Part shown: piece by piece, positions 27,307-36,489 of the stretch | Layout of the letters: every line of letters begins with the position of its first letter | Position numbering within the stretch: the stretch's first letter is position 1 | Source of the DNA: Candidatus Hydrogenedentota bacterium | Lineage (GTDB): Bacteria; Hydrogenedentota; Hydrogenedentia; Hydrogenedentales; SLHB01 | Reading direction: 5' to 3' | Assembly: GCA_045863295.1 (NCBI GenBank) | Contig: BTWA01000007.1 | Span: 8,459 to 72,458, forward strand | DNA length: 64,000 bases | Notes under the pieces: generated by a model | What the model saw: only the letters and a program-made list of their open reading frames with translations | Database searches by the model: none | What the model was told of the DNA's origin: nothing | Position numbers and translations under genes: made by a program

Positions 27307-28644
27307 ATGTTCAGAAATCCGCTTAAAAGCAATCTTTACACCGAGTTAACCGATTTCTTCGGCACGGATCCCAGCACACTTGCTATTGACAGCATTCGGT
27401 TTATGGCCGTCGATTTGCCGAATGTTCAGGCGGCGATGGAACGAATCTGCGAATCGGAACGGGCGGCCCATCGCGTCCTGGGAATCTCAAGCGTTGATCT
27501 GCTGAACAATTCCCTCGGCAATTTGCTGGTGCAGAAAGCGCCCTTGGGTCCTGTGTCGTATACCAATGTCCGTGTAGCACAGGAAGCGTTCCTGCGATGC
27601 GCGGTGAATAGTGTGCATTTCGTCGAATGGCCAGGCGCGAAAGTGGCCGTACATGTGCGCAAGGAAGACCACGCCGTCGATTACGCATTGGAGATCATGG
27701 CCGGAACCGAAGAATTGAGCCGCGAGTTTATGAAGCGGCTGTGGCAGTCCGTGGACAGCGAGAATGTGTACCGCGGCCGGATCATCGCCCTCGAATCGGA
27801 CGACTACACCGCGATCGATCCCGAGAACTATACAATTGCGTTTCGTACGATCCAGATGGTGCGCCAAGAAGACATCGTTTTGCCAGACGGCGTGATGGAG
27901 GTCATTCAGCGCAACACATCGGGATTTTTCGAACATGCATCCGCCCTTCGCAGGAGCGGGCGTTCCGTGAAGCGGGGCCTGTTGTTGCACGGCGCACCGG
28001 GCACAGGAAAATCATATACCGCAAAATGGGTGGCGCAATCGGTGGAAGGACTGACGGTCATCCTCGTCGCGGGAAATCAGTTGTGGATGATCAAACAAAT
28101 CTGCCGGTTGGCCGCCGCACTGTCGCCGAGTCTGGTGATTCTGGAAGACGTCGACCTCGTGGCATCGCGCCGTGACGGTGTGAGGCATCCTGCCTACGAA
28201 TTGACCCTGCACGACCTCTTGAACGAAGTGGACGGCATGGCGCCCGATGCCGAAGTGTTGTTCCTGCTCACCACCAACAAGCCCGAGGTCATTGAACCCG
28301 CGATCGCATCGAGGCCAGGCCGGATTGATCAGGCCATCGAATTCCCATTACCGGATTCCCGGTGCCGTAAAAGGTTGTTCGACTTGTACAGCTACGGGTT
28401 GGATGTGCGCCTCGAACGGCTGGACGAGTTCGTCGCACGGACGGAAGGGGCCAGCCCGGCCTTCATTCAGGAGTTGTTTCGCAAAGCAGCCATGTTTGCG
28501 GCGGAGGATACAGCCCACTCTATCGGTCTTTTGCGCGTAACCGACGAACACTGCGAGTTAGCGCTTCGTGAACTGCTTTTCGGCGGTGGCGACCTGACTC
28601 GCAATCTCCTGGGGTTTCGTTCCTCGCAACTGAATCTCCTCTGA
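27307..28644 (+). CDS. AAA+ ATPase (classic clade, no protease domain)
   Basis: GLLLHGAPGTGKS, ILEDVD, LLNEVDG, TTN and SRPGRID motifs. Confidence 0.88.
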   Translation: MFRNPLKSNLYTELTDFFGTDPSTLAIDSIRFMAVDLPNVQAAMERICESERAAHRVLGISSVDLLNNSLGNLLVQKAPLGPVSYTNVRVAQEAFLRCAVNSVHFVEWPGAKVAVHVRKEDHAVDYALEIMAGTEELSREFMKRLWQSVDSENVYRGRIIALESDDYTAIDPENYTIAFRTIQMVRQEDIVLPDGVMEVIQRNTSGFFEHASALRRSGRSVKRGLLLHGAPGTGKSYTAKWVAQSVEGLTVILVAGNQLWMIKQICRLAAALSPSLVILEDVDLVASRRDGVRHPAYELTLHDLLNEVDGMAPDAEVLFLLTTNKPEVIEPAIASRPGRIDQAIEFPLPDSRCRKRLFDLYSYGLDVRLERLDEFVARTEGASPAFIQELFRKAAMFAAEDTAHSIGLLRVTDEHCELALRELLFGGGDLTRNLLGFRSSQLNLL

Positions 28645-28694
28645 ATCTATAACGCCATTGTTTTCAAGGCTTTAAGGAAAGCGGTCGAAATATC

Positions 28695-28722
28695 TAAAGT
28701 CAGATTCTGCCGATGCCGATAT
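28695..28722 (+). promoter_or_regulatory. Sigma28 promoter
   Basis: TAAA-N16-GCCGATAT upstream of the yjfB-like gene. Confidence 0.75.
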
Positions 28723-28778
28723 ACTTAGTACCAAGGGCGAACCCCAAAAAGGGGTCCAACCAATAGGAGGAAGGGCAT

Positions 28779-28973
28779 ATGGCAAGCATAGACGGCATCG
28801 CGGCCACCGCGACAGCACTGAAATCTGCCGAGTTCTCTGCCTCCTACCAAATCGCCGCCCTCAAGAAGCAAATCGAAACTGTCGACAAAGCTGGCGCGGC
28901 AGCATTGAAGCTTATCCAGACCGCCATGAGCCTTGATCCGCAGGTGGGCCAGAACATCAATGCCCTCGTTTGA
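28779..28973 (+). CDS. yjfB: YjfB-family putative motility protein
   Basis: 64 aa with IAALKK..AALKLIQ..DPQVGQNIN pattern; AGGAGG SD; sigma28 promoter. Confidence 0.8.
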   Translation: MASIDGIAATATALKSAEFSASYQIAALKKQIETVDKAGAAALKLIQTAMSLDPQVGQNINALV

Positions 28974-28992
28974 TTCAGATCGCGTATAATAC

Positions 28993-29025
28993 AGCGCCCT
29001 CGACGGTTGAGGGCGCTTTTTATTT
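28993..29025 (+). terminator. Intrinsic terminator
   Basis: AGCGCCCTC-loop-GAGGGCGCT followed by TTTTATTT. Confidence 0.8.
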
Positions 29026-29057
29026 GATTGCGCGTTCGTGGGAGCACCCGAAGAGCC

Positions 29058-29417
29058 ATGCCTAAATTTGGAGTCACTGTACAGAAAGAAGCCGAGTTAT
29101 TCTTACGCATGGAAAAACTCGGCCTGCGTGAAGAGGATCTGAACGAACAGTTCGTACGGTCGAGCGGATCGGGCGGCCAGCACGTGAACAAGACCGCCAC
29201 TTGCGTCCAACTGGTGCACGAACCTTCCGGCTTGGATGTGAAGATGCAGCAAGCCCGCTCGCAAAGCCTGAACCGCTATTACGCGCGCAAACGCATGTGC
29301 GAATTGATGGAAGCGCGCGTGTTGGGAGATGAAAGCCCGGAAGCAAAAAAGGTGGACAAAATCCGAAAACAGAAGGCGCGCCGCCAGCGCCGAAGCCGGT
29401 CCGCCATTGCCGACTAG
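29058..29417 (+). CDS. Short RF-1 domain (GGQ) peptidyl-tRNA hydrolase, ribosome-rescue-like
   Basis: FVRSSGSGGQHVNKT, RSQSLNR and a basic C-terminal tail KIRKQKARRQRR. Confidence 0.85.
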   Translation: MPKFGVTVQKEAELFLRMEKLGLREEDLNEQFVRSSGSGGQHVNKTATCVQLVHEPSGLDVKMQQARSQSLNRYYARKRMCELMEARVLGDESPEAKKVDKIRKQKARRQRRSRSAIAD

Positions 29418-29512
29418 GCCCAACCTCAAGCCTGCCGCTTAGCCAGACAGTCCCATCCCAACGGTAGTGGCAACCCCAGGAACCAACTCAAGTTGAACCC
29501 TTTTTGAAAATT

Positions 29513-29543
29513 AACTTTACAATACAAAGGACTTTGTTATAGT
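29513..29543 (+). promoter_or_regulatory. Sigma70-like promoter with an overlapping palindromic operator upstream of creD
   Basis: TTTACA-N16-TATAGT; ACAAAG-GA-CTTTGT and CTTT-N7-AAAG inverted repeats. Confidence 0.5.
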
Positions 29544-29601
29544 ATTGGCCAAGTGGCCGGGGATACCCAAGCCGAGGCAAAATACGACCGGAGGTGCGCA
29601 T

Positions 29602-30954
29602 ATGTCCGCAAATTGGTTCGTCGGAGTCATCGATTCAATTCGAAACGCACCCCTGTTGCGCGTGCTCCTGGTCGGATTCCTCGTGCTGCTGCTCTTGATC
29701 CCGGCACGCATGATCGAGGCGGCCATCTACGAACGTCAGAGCACCCGAACCGAAGCCGTGGAAGAGGTTACTGGCAAATGGGGGAGGGCACAGAAACTGG
29801 TGGGTCCGTCGCTGGTCATCCCCTACACAAAACGATGGACCGAAACACTGGAAGACGGCGAAGTGCGGACGCGCAGCGAGGTGCAACATGCCACGTTCCT
29901 GCCGGAACTCCTCGAGGCGAACGGAACAATTACGAGCGAATCACGCCACCGGGGAATCTTCGAAGTGCCAGTATACAACGCGTCTCTCGCGCTGGCTGGC
30001 CGTTTCATCAAACCGAGTTTTGCGGAATGGGGTATCCCGGAAGACGACATCCAGTGGGAGAGGGCTTACGTGGCCATGGGCATTTCGGACGCCCGTGGTA
30101 TTTCGAAAGAGGCAACACTGAACTGGAATGGATCGCCGCAGGATTTTCTACCGGGCATGGGCAAATGGGGGGCAGGGGCATCCGGGATTCACTCGCCGAT
30201 CGTGGGAAGCCTGACCGGCGAACTCTTCGAATTCTCCTTCGCTCTCGAGTTAAAGGGCAGCGAAGATTTGTTCTTCGCGCCATTTGGCAAGAAGACAGTC
30301 GTATCGCTGGAGTCCGATTGGCCCGATCCGAGCTTCCAAGGCAACTGGCTTCCCGGTGCCCGCGATGTCGATGCGCACGGATTCAAGGCGACCTGGGACA
30401 TCCCATTCCTGGGACGCAACTATCCCCAGGCGTGGCTGTCCGAGTCGGGAACGGAAGCGCAGATCGACGCCTCCACGTTTGGCGTAAGACTGGTGTCGCC
30501 CGTGGATGCCTACCGTATGGCGGAACGGAGCGTGAAGTATGCGTTCTTGTTCATGGCGCTTACGTTCGGCGTGCTGTGGCTCTTCGAAGTGCTCGGAAAG
30601 CGGCGGGTTCATCCGCTTCAATACCTCTTGATTGGGGCGGCGATGTGCGTGTTTTATCTGCTCGAATTGTCGCTCGCGGAGCATATCGGGTTCATCGCGG
30701 CGTACGTGCTGGCGAGCTTGGCGGTCATCGTGCTGATCAGTGCGTACAGCGTGGCCGTGTTGAAAAGTCTGCGCCGCTCGGCCGTCGTGGGCACGGCGCT
30801 GGCCGTGTTGTACGGGTATCTCTACGTCTTGTTGAACAACCAGGACTATGCCCTGCTCATTGGCTCGGTGGGCCTGTTCTGCGTGATTGCCGGCACCATG
30901 TACCTGACGCGCAAATTGGATTGGTATTCGCTGCAGACCGGAAATGGGCAGTAG
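29602..30954 (+). CDS. creD: Cell envelope integrity inner membrane protein CreD
   Basis: LLLLIP..IYER, GPSLVIPY, RGIFEVPVY, WPDPSFQG, RSVKY, HPLQYLLIG, LSLAEH and MYLTRK motifs; GGAGG SD. Confidence 0.95.
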   Translation: MSANWFVGVIDSIRNAPLLRVLLVGFLVLLLLIPARMIEAAIYERQSTRTEAVEEVTGKWGRAQKLVGPSLVIPYTKRWTETLEDGEVRTRSEVQHATFLPELLEANGTITSESRHRGIFEVPVYNASLALAGRFIKPSFAEWGIPEDDIQWERAYVAMGISDARGISKEATLNWNGSPQDFLPGMGKWGAGASGIHSPIVGSLTGELFEFSFALELKGSEDLFFAPFGKKTVVSLESDWPDPSFQGNWLPGARDVDAHGFKATWDIPFLGRNYPQAWLSESGTEAQIDASTFGVRLVSPVDAYRMAERSVKYAFLFMALTFGVLWLFEVLGKRRVHPLQYLLIGAAMCVFYLLELSLAEHIGFIAAYVLASLAVIVLISAYSVAVLKSLRRSAVVGTALAVLYGYLYVLLNNQDYALLIGSVGLFCVIAGTMYLTRKLDWYSLQTGNGQ

Positions 30955-31006
30955 CGCGAAACCACTCCGCAATTGGCTCGGTCCGGAGATGATGTGCTCG
31001 GATCAT

Positions 31007-31045
31007 AAAAAGCGCGCCCCGGATCGTTCTGCAATCCGGGGCGCG
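31007..31045 (-). terminator. Intrinsic terminator
   Basis: 12-bp stem CGCGCCCCGGAT/ATCCGGGGCGCG with a U-tract on the minus strand. Confidence 0.75.
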
Positions 31046-31059
31046 ACGTGTTGCTTCGC

Positions 31060-32343
31060 TCAGGCCAATTGCGGCACTTCAAATCCGGGCCGGTAGGCGC
31101 GGCTCAACATGGAATTGGCCTCGTCGTCGTTCTTGAACCGCTCCGTCTCCGGATCGAACTCGAGGGACCGGCCAAGCCGATACGAGATGTTTGCAAGGTG
31201 GCAATGCACGCAGGAGATGTGCCCCTGTTCGGGCGTTCCGTGGACCATGCTCTTGTCTCGCGCATGTACCGCCGCAAGGAAATTGCCAAAGGCGCCTTTG
31301 GTCTCCACGTCCGCCATGGGCACCTGCATGGGTTTGTCTTCCTTGTCGAAAAAGCCCTTTTCTTCGGTGAGATATCCATCTGAACCATAAAAGAGATTGC
31401 CGACTTTTACGCCGCCTTCATCGTTGGTGAAGCGGCTGCGCACTTCGAAAACAAACATGGTGCCGTCGGCATACTTGAAGGTGGCCACGTGCGTGTTCGG
31501 CGTCTGTCCCTGATCCTTGTAAGTAAAGCGTCCGCCTTCGCTGAACACCTTGACCGGCAGCCCCTTGTTCATACCCCAGGCGCCGATGTCCATCTGGTGT
31601 ACGCCCTGATTGCCGATTTCCCCGTTGCCGTAGTTCCAGAACCAGTGCCACGTATACGGGTGGTATTTCTCATTGTAGGGCTGTTCTTCGGCCGGGCCCT
31701 GCCACATTTCCCAATTCAGATAGTCGGGTGCCGCGGCATTGTCGGCAAAGCCAATCGATCCGCGGTTCCCGTTCTTGTAGCACAGGCCGCGCGCCATGTA
31801 GACCTCGCCGATACAGCCGCTCTGCAGCGCTTGCATGTACTGCATCCATTTGGCCGAGGATCGGCTTTGCGTTCCGTGTTGCACGATGCGGTCGGATTTT
31901 GCGGCCGCCGCGGCCAGTTGACGGCCTTCGAAAATGTTGTGCGACAGGGGCTTCTCGACGTAGACATCCTTGCCGTTTTGCACGGCCCAGATCGCCAGCA
32001 GCGAGTGCCAATGATTCGGCGTCGCAATCGAAACTACGTCTACAGACGGATCCGAAACAATCTCGCGCGCGTCGGAAGTCAATCGCGCGTCCTTGCCCGT
32101 GGCGTCTTTCAATGTCTTTGCCCGGGCTTCCAGCGTGCGCTGGTCGGTATCGCACAACGCGACCACCTCAGAAAGCTCGCTGGTGGAAAACTCCTTCACA
32201 TGATCCTTGCCGCGTCCACCAATGCCGCAGCAGGCCACCCGCACCTTGCTGTTCGCGCCAAACACCTTGCCCTTGGCCATCGTACCCGCCACAATAACCG
32301 CAGCCGCCGACGATCCGATGAACTTTCTCCGTGAGATTGCCAT
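31060..32343 (-). CDS. Tat-exported Gfo/Idh/MocA oxidoreductase (paralog 1)
   Basis: SRRKF Tat motif; ATPNHWH, DVYVEKP, HGTQSRS and GNQGVHQMD motifs. Confidence 0.92.
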   Translation of the reverse strand: MAISRRKFIGSSAAAVIVAGTMAKGKVFGANSKVRVACCGIGGRGKDHVKEFSTSELSEVVALCDTDQRTLEARAKTLKDATGKDARLTSDAREIVSDPSVDVVSIATPNHWHSLLAIWAVQNGKDVYVEKPLSHNIFEGRQLAAAAAKSDRIVQHGTQSRSSAKWMQYMQALQSGCIGEVYMARGLCYKNGNRGSIGFADNAAAPDYLNWEMWQGPAEEQPYNEKYHPYTWHWFWNYGNGEIGNQGVHQMDIGAWGMNKGLPVKVFSEGGRFTYKDQGQTPNTHVATFKYADGTMFVFEVRSRFTNDEGGVKVGNLFYGSDGYLTEEKGFFDKEDKPMQVPMADVETKGAFGNFLAAVHARDKSMVHGTPEQGHISCVHCHLANISYRLGRSLEFDPETERFKNDDEANSMLSRAYRPGFEVPQLA

Positions 32344-32494
32344 TGCCGTTCCCCTTTTGCCTGGTTTCAGCAGGGTTCTTGCCCTCGAAGTTCAATTCGC
32401 CCCGGAAATTTCGCCATGGCCCGATGGGACGGGACGAACGATATACGAACCCTAACGGTACCGTTTTTTACCCTCGGTGTCCACCCGATCGCAT

Positions 32495-32528
32495 AAAAAA
32501 AGCCCCTCGCCCATCGTGGGAAAGGGGC
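32495..32528 (-). terminator. Intrinsic terminator
   Basis: GCCCCT..CCCA-loop-TGGG..AGGGGC with 7 U on the minus strand. Confidence 0.7.
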
Positions 32529-32543
32529 ATGGGTTCTATGGCC

Positions 32544-33827
32544 TCAGGCCAACTGCGGCACTTCGAATCCCGCGCGGTATTCGCGGGAAAGCATGGCATT
32601 GGCCTCGTCGTCGTTCTTGAAGCGTTCCGTTTCGGGATCGAACTCCAGCGACCGTCCCAAGCGATACGAAATGTTGGCCAAGTGGCAATGCACGCACGAA
32701 ATGTGGCCTTGCAGCGCGTTGCCATGGACCAGACTCTTGTCGCGCGCATGAACGGCCGTTAGAAAGTTGCCGAAAGCACCTTCGGACGTCATCTCCGGCA
32801 TGGGAACGTCCATCTTCTTGTCTTCTTTGTCGAAGAAGCCCAAGTTTTCGGACAAGTAGCCGTCTGACCCGTAAAAGAGGTTGCCGACTTTGACACCACC
32901 TTCATCATTGGTAAAACGGCTACGTACTTCAAAGACGAACATGGTGCCATCGGCATACTTGAACGTGGCCACGTGAGTATTCGGCGTCTGACCTTGATCC
33001 TTGTAGGTGAAGCGTCCGCCTTCGCTGAATACTTTCACCGGCAGGCCCTTGTTCATGCCCCAGGTACCGATGTCCATCTGATGTACGCCTTGATTGCCGA
33101 TTTCGCCGTTGCCGTAATGCCAGAACCAGTGCCACGTGTAGGGGTGATACTTTTCGTTGTAGGCCTGCTCGGCCGCGGGACCCTGCCACATGTTCCAGTC
33201 CAGGTATTCAGGCGGCGTCGCGTCCTCCGCAAACCCGATAGAACCGCGATTCCCGTTCTTGTAGCAAAGGCCGCGGGCCATGTAGACCTCGCCGATACAA
33301 CCGCTCTGCAGTGCCTGAATGTATTGCATCCATCGCACATCGGACCGGCTCTGCGTGCCATGCTGTACGATGCGATCCGACTTCTCCATCGCGGCGACCA
33401 ACTGCCGTCCTTCGTATATGTTGTGGGAAAGGGGCTTCTCGACATACACGTCTTTGCCAGCCTGAATGCCCCAAATGGCCATCAGCGTGTGCCAATGATT
33501 GGGAGTCGCAATGGAGATAATGTCAATGGAATCGTCGGCCAGCACGTCACGCACGTCTGTGAACGTCTTGGGCTCCATCCCGGTGGCCTCCTTGAGGGCC
33601 TTCGCGCGACTTTCGAGTACGTTCTTATCAGGGTCGCATAGTACAGCTACTTCGGATCGAGGATCGCTCGAAAACGCGTTGATGTGTGATCCGCCACGGC
33701 CATTGATGCCGCAACAGGCCACCCGCGCCTTTGCGTTGGCCCCAAATACCTTGCCCTTGGCCACCGTACCCGCCGCAATTACCGCGGCCGCCGATGCGCC
33801 GATGAACTTCCTGCGTGAAACATTCAT
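32544..33827 (-). CDS. Tat-exported Gfo/Idh/MocA oxidoreductase (paralog 2)
   Basis: Same motifs as paralog 1; start at MNVSRRKF gives 427 aa, equal to paralog 1. Confidence 0.92.
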   Translation of the reverse strand: MNVSRRKFIGASAAAVIAAGTVAKGKVFGANAKARVACCGINGRGGSHINAFSSDPRSEVAVLCDPDKNVLESRAKALKEATGMEPKTFTDVRDVLADDSIDIISIATPNHWHTLMAIWGIQAGKDVYVEKPLSHNIYEGRQLVAAMEKSDRIVQHGTQSRSDVRWMQYIQALQSGCIGEVYMARGLCYKNGNRGSIGFAEDATPPEYLDWNMWQGPAAEQAYNEKYHPYTWHWFWHYGNGEIGNQGVHQMDIGTWGMNKGLPVKVFSEGGRFTYKDQGQTPNTHVATFKYADGTMFVFEVRSRFTNDEGGVKVGNLFYGSDGYLSENLGFFDKEDKKMDVPMPEMTSEGAFGNFLTAVHARDKSLVHGNALQGHISCVHCHLANISYRLGRSLEFDPETERFKNDDEANAMLSREYRAGFEVPQLA

Positions 33828-34279
33828 GGTACAAACCCCTTGTACGTGATTGAGAGTTCCCGACCCATGCCAAGCAGCCCGTAAACACGGATTTCGAAAC
33901 ATAATGGCGAAAAAAGAACCGTAACACAACCCGAAAAACGCCCCGGCTGGCCGTAATTGACGCATCACTCCAAGGCGAAGGACAAACCCGCATGCAACAC
34001 GCTCGCGTAAGACAGATAGGGAGTGTTTTCATGGTGCCAAGAGCTCACCCGGAATCGTCGCCCCAACGGAAGCGAACATGTCACGCGCAACAGTGCGTAC
34101 GAACGGGGTGTCGCTCCAATCGCGACCGAAAAACAACGACTTACGAAGATTTCGCCTTACCCCCCCCTTGAATCGTCAAAAAATGAGTAGGAACACCCCC
34201 TGTATGCGAACCATGCAACAGGTTCCCCAAATATGTAGGTGCCGTTCGGTTCCGGCTCGTGCCAGCTTGCCCGGGGCGG

Positions 34280-35581
34280 TCACGTAATTTCAGGAACGGT
34301 GAAGTCCGGGTGGTAGTGTCGTGTGAGCATGGCGTTGGCCTCGTCGTCGTTGACGAACCTTTCTGTGGCCGGGTCGAAGTCCAAAGCGCGGCCCAAGCGG
34401 TAGGAGATGTTGGCCAAATGACCGTGTGCAGAAGCGATGAATCCTTCGGATGCAGGAGCGAAGTTGTCTTCTTCCTTACCGGAGAGTACCGCAGTAACAA
34501 AGTTCTGCCAGCACCCCTCGGTCTTTACCCCGGGGTCTTTGACCGAGAGGGTCTTGTCGTTGTTGCCTACGAATCGATATTGATTGTCTTCTTTCGCTTC
34601 GTCGCCGTCGATGAAGTAACCCTCGGATCCGTAAAAGAGGTTGCCGATGCGCGTATCGGCTTCGAAGTTGGTGGCGCGACCGCGCACTTCGAAGGCCAAC
34701 GTGGCTCCGTCGGCGTAGGTAAATGTGGCGAGTTCAGTGTTTGGGGTCTCTGCTTGATCTTTATAGCCGTACCGCCCGCCAGCGGCATAGACCCTTGTAG
34801 GCAGTCCTTTGTTCAGGCCCCAAATCGCGACGTCCATCTGGTGGACGCCCTGGTTGCCGATATCCCCATTGCCGTAGGCCCAGAACCAGTGCCAGTTGTA
34901 ATGCACATAGTTCTTGCAGAATTCCGCGCGTTCGGCCGGGCCTTGCCAAATATCCCAGTGAAGTTCTTTGGGCGGCGCCTCGAACGGCGCAAAGCCGATG
35001 GAGTCGCGACGCTTGTAGCAAAGTGCACGAGCCATGTAAATATCGCCGATGACACCATCACGCAGATGTCGGATTGTCTGAAGCCATTTTGTCTCCGATC
35101 GGGCCTGGGTGCCGTGTTGCACAATCTTGCCCGACTTCTTCGCGAGATTGACGAGTTGGCGGCCTTCCCACACGTTGTGGCAGAGCGGCTTTTCGACATA
35201 CACGTGCTTGCCGGCCTGTAACGCCCAGATGGCCGCGAGCGTGTGCCAGTGGTTCGGCGTGGCAATGGTGATAGCGTCGATGGAGGGTTCCTCAAACATG
35301 ACCCGCATATCGGTGAAGGGTTTGATGTCGCCGCCGGTCTTGATGCGGAGTTGGTTGACACGGTCACTCAGCACACGCTCATCGACATCGCAGAGGGCTG
35401 TGATTTGTGCGCCTTGGGTGTCGCAGAGCGCGCCCATATGCTCCTGGCCCCGGCTATTTAGTCCGATGCACCCGATATTGACGCGGCCGTTCGCACCAAA
35501 GACCTTGCCCTTCGCCATCGTGCCCGCAACGATCACTGCGGCCGCGGACGATCCGATAAATTTCCGTCTGCTGATGTTCAT
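34280..35581 (-). CDS. Tat-exported Gfo/Idh/MocA oxidoreductase (paralog 3)
   Basis: Same motifs; catalytic domain more divergent. Confidence 0.92.
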   Translation of the reverse strand: MNISRRKFIGSSAAAVIVAGTMAKGKVFGANGRVNIGCIGLNSRGQEHMGALCDTQGAQITALCDVDERVLSDRVNQLRIKTGGDIKPFTDMRVMFEEPSIDAITIATPNHWHTLAAIWALQAGKHVYVEKPLCHNVWEGRQLVNLAKKSGKIVQHGTQARSETKWLQTIRHLRDGVIGDIYMARALCYKRRDSIGFAPFEAPPKELHWDIWQGPAERAEFCKNYVHYNWHWFWAYGNGDIGNQGVHQMDVAIWGLNKGLPTRVYAAGGRYGYKDQAETPNTELATFTYADGATLAFEVRGRATNFEADTRIGNLFYGSEGYFIDGDEAKEDNQYRFVGNNDKTLSVKDPGVKTEGCWQNFVTAVLSGKEEDNFAPASEGFIASAHGHLANISYRLGRALDFDPATERFVNDDEANAMLTRHYHPDFTVPEIT

Positions 35582-35694
35582 GGCATGCGCCCTCGCAAGT
35601 TCAAGCCGCCGAATGCATCACGTCAAATGACGTACTGAAGCAGTCATTATAGGAGACAAAACAGAAAGGCGCAAAAGGAGTGTCGCGCGGATGG

Positions 35695-36489
35695 TCACAT
35701 GCCGGGACTCGTTTTTCGGCATGCCTCGAGGCGGGTTTCCTCGGCCGGCCCGGACTGAGACACATGAACGAAGACAAGTACGCCATGAATGGTGACTAAC
35801 AATACCCCTGCAATCGCTGGCAACGTCATGGACTGCATTAACGCTATGGCGAAGAAGAACAGGATAATCGTAAGGCCCGGCAACGAAGATCGTAGGGGTA
35901 TGGGATGGTTGGGAGATTTTGCAATCGCTGTTGTGAAAAGAAACAGACCGGTAAGGAACCACCCAAGGAAGTTGGACGCGGGAATTCCGTAGTACGTACC
36001 GTGCGAGTGCCAGGTCCAGAGGGCCATGGGGCCCACGGCCACGGGATCTACAAGCAAGTCGGCTATCACCAACAACAACGATCCGCAGACAATTTTCTGC
36101 CATGAGGCAAAGCTTCCTTGACTGATCAGCACGTGGGCATAAGCAAAAATGGTAATCCACGCGGCAATCATCGTGATGGGCGCACCGAAAAAGCTTGGCC
36201 CCAATGCGTCCGTGTAATGGTACGCGCCGAAAGGATATCCGGTCTGGACACCAATCACTTCGATGGCCCATCCCGCCATGCCAGCTCCAACACTGCGCAT
36301 GCGATGAACTGGCGGTAAACGTTTGAGGGTCAACGCGGCGGCAAACCAAAGGAAGAACGGACCGGCCCATGCGGCCTCGGGCCGGGGAGTAGAACCAGGC
36401 ATGTACCCGAGCAGGCCAAAGATCCAAAAGAGGCCATACACGATCCACATGCAATGGCTAAGCGACTTCATGAAAAGTGCTGTGTTCAT
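35695..36489 (-). CDS. Carotenoid biosynthesis membrane protein (CruF-like 1',2'-hydratase family)
   Basis: EVIGVQTGYPFGAYHYT, DLLVDPVA and YYGIPASNFLGW motifs; multiple TM; start uncertain. Confidence 0.8.
   Translation of the reverse strand: MNTALFMKSLSHCMWIVYGLFWIFGLLGYMPGSTPRPEAAWAGPFFLWFAAALTLKRLPPVHRMRSVGAGMAGWAIEVIGVQTGYPFGAYHYTDALGPSFFGAPITMIAAWITIFAYAHVLISQGSFASWQKIVCGSLLLVIADLLVDPVAVGPMALWTWHSHGTYYGIPASNFLGWFLTGLFLFTTAIAKSPNHPIPLRSSLPGLTIILFFFAIALMQSMTLPAIAGVLLVTIHGVLVFVHVSQSGPAEETRLEACRKTSPGM

Noticed and set aside
29553..30992. 479-aa alternative-frame ORF over creD
   Set aside because: Arg/Gly-rich frame shadow typical of GC-rich coding DNA
33828..34279. Long intergenic region between Gfo paralogs 2 and 3 as a possible ncRNA
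   Set aside because: I found no convincing promoter-structure-terminator unit or recognisable motif by eye
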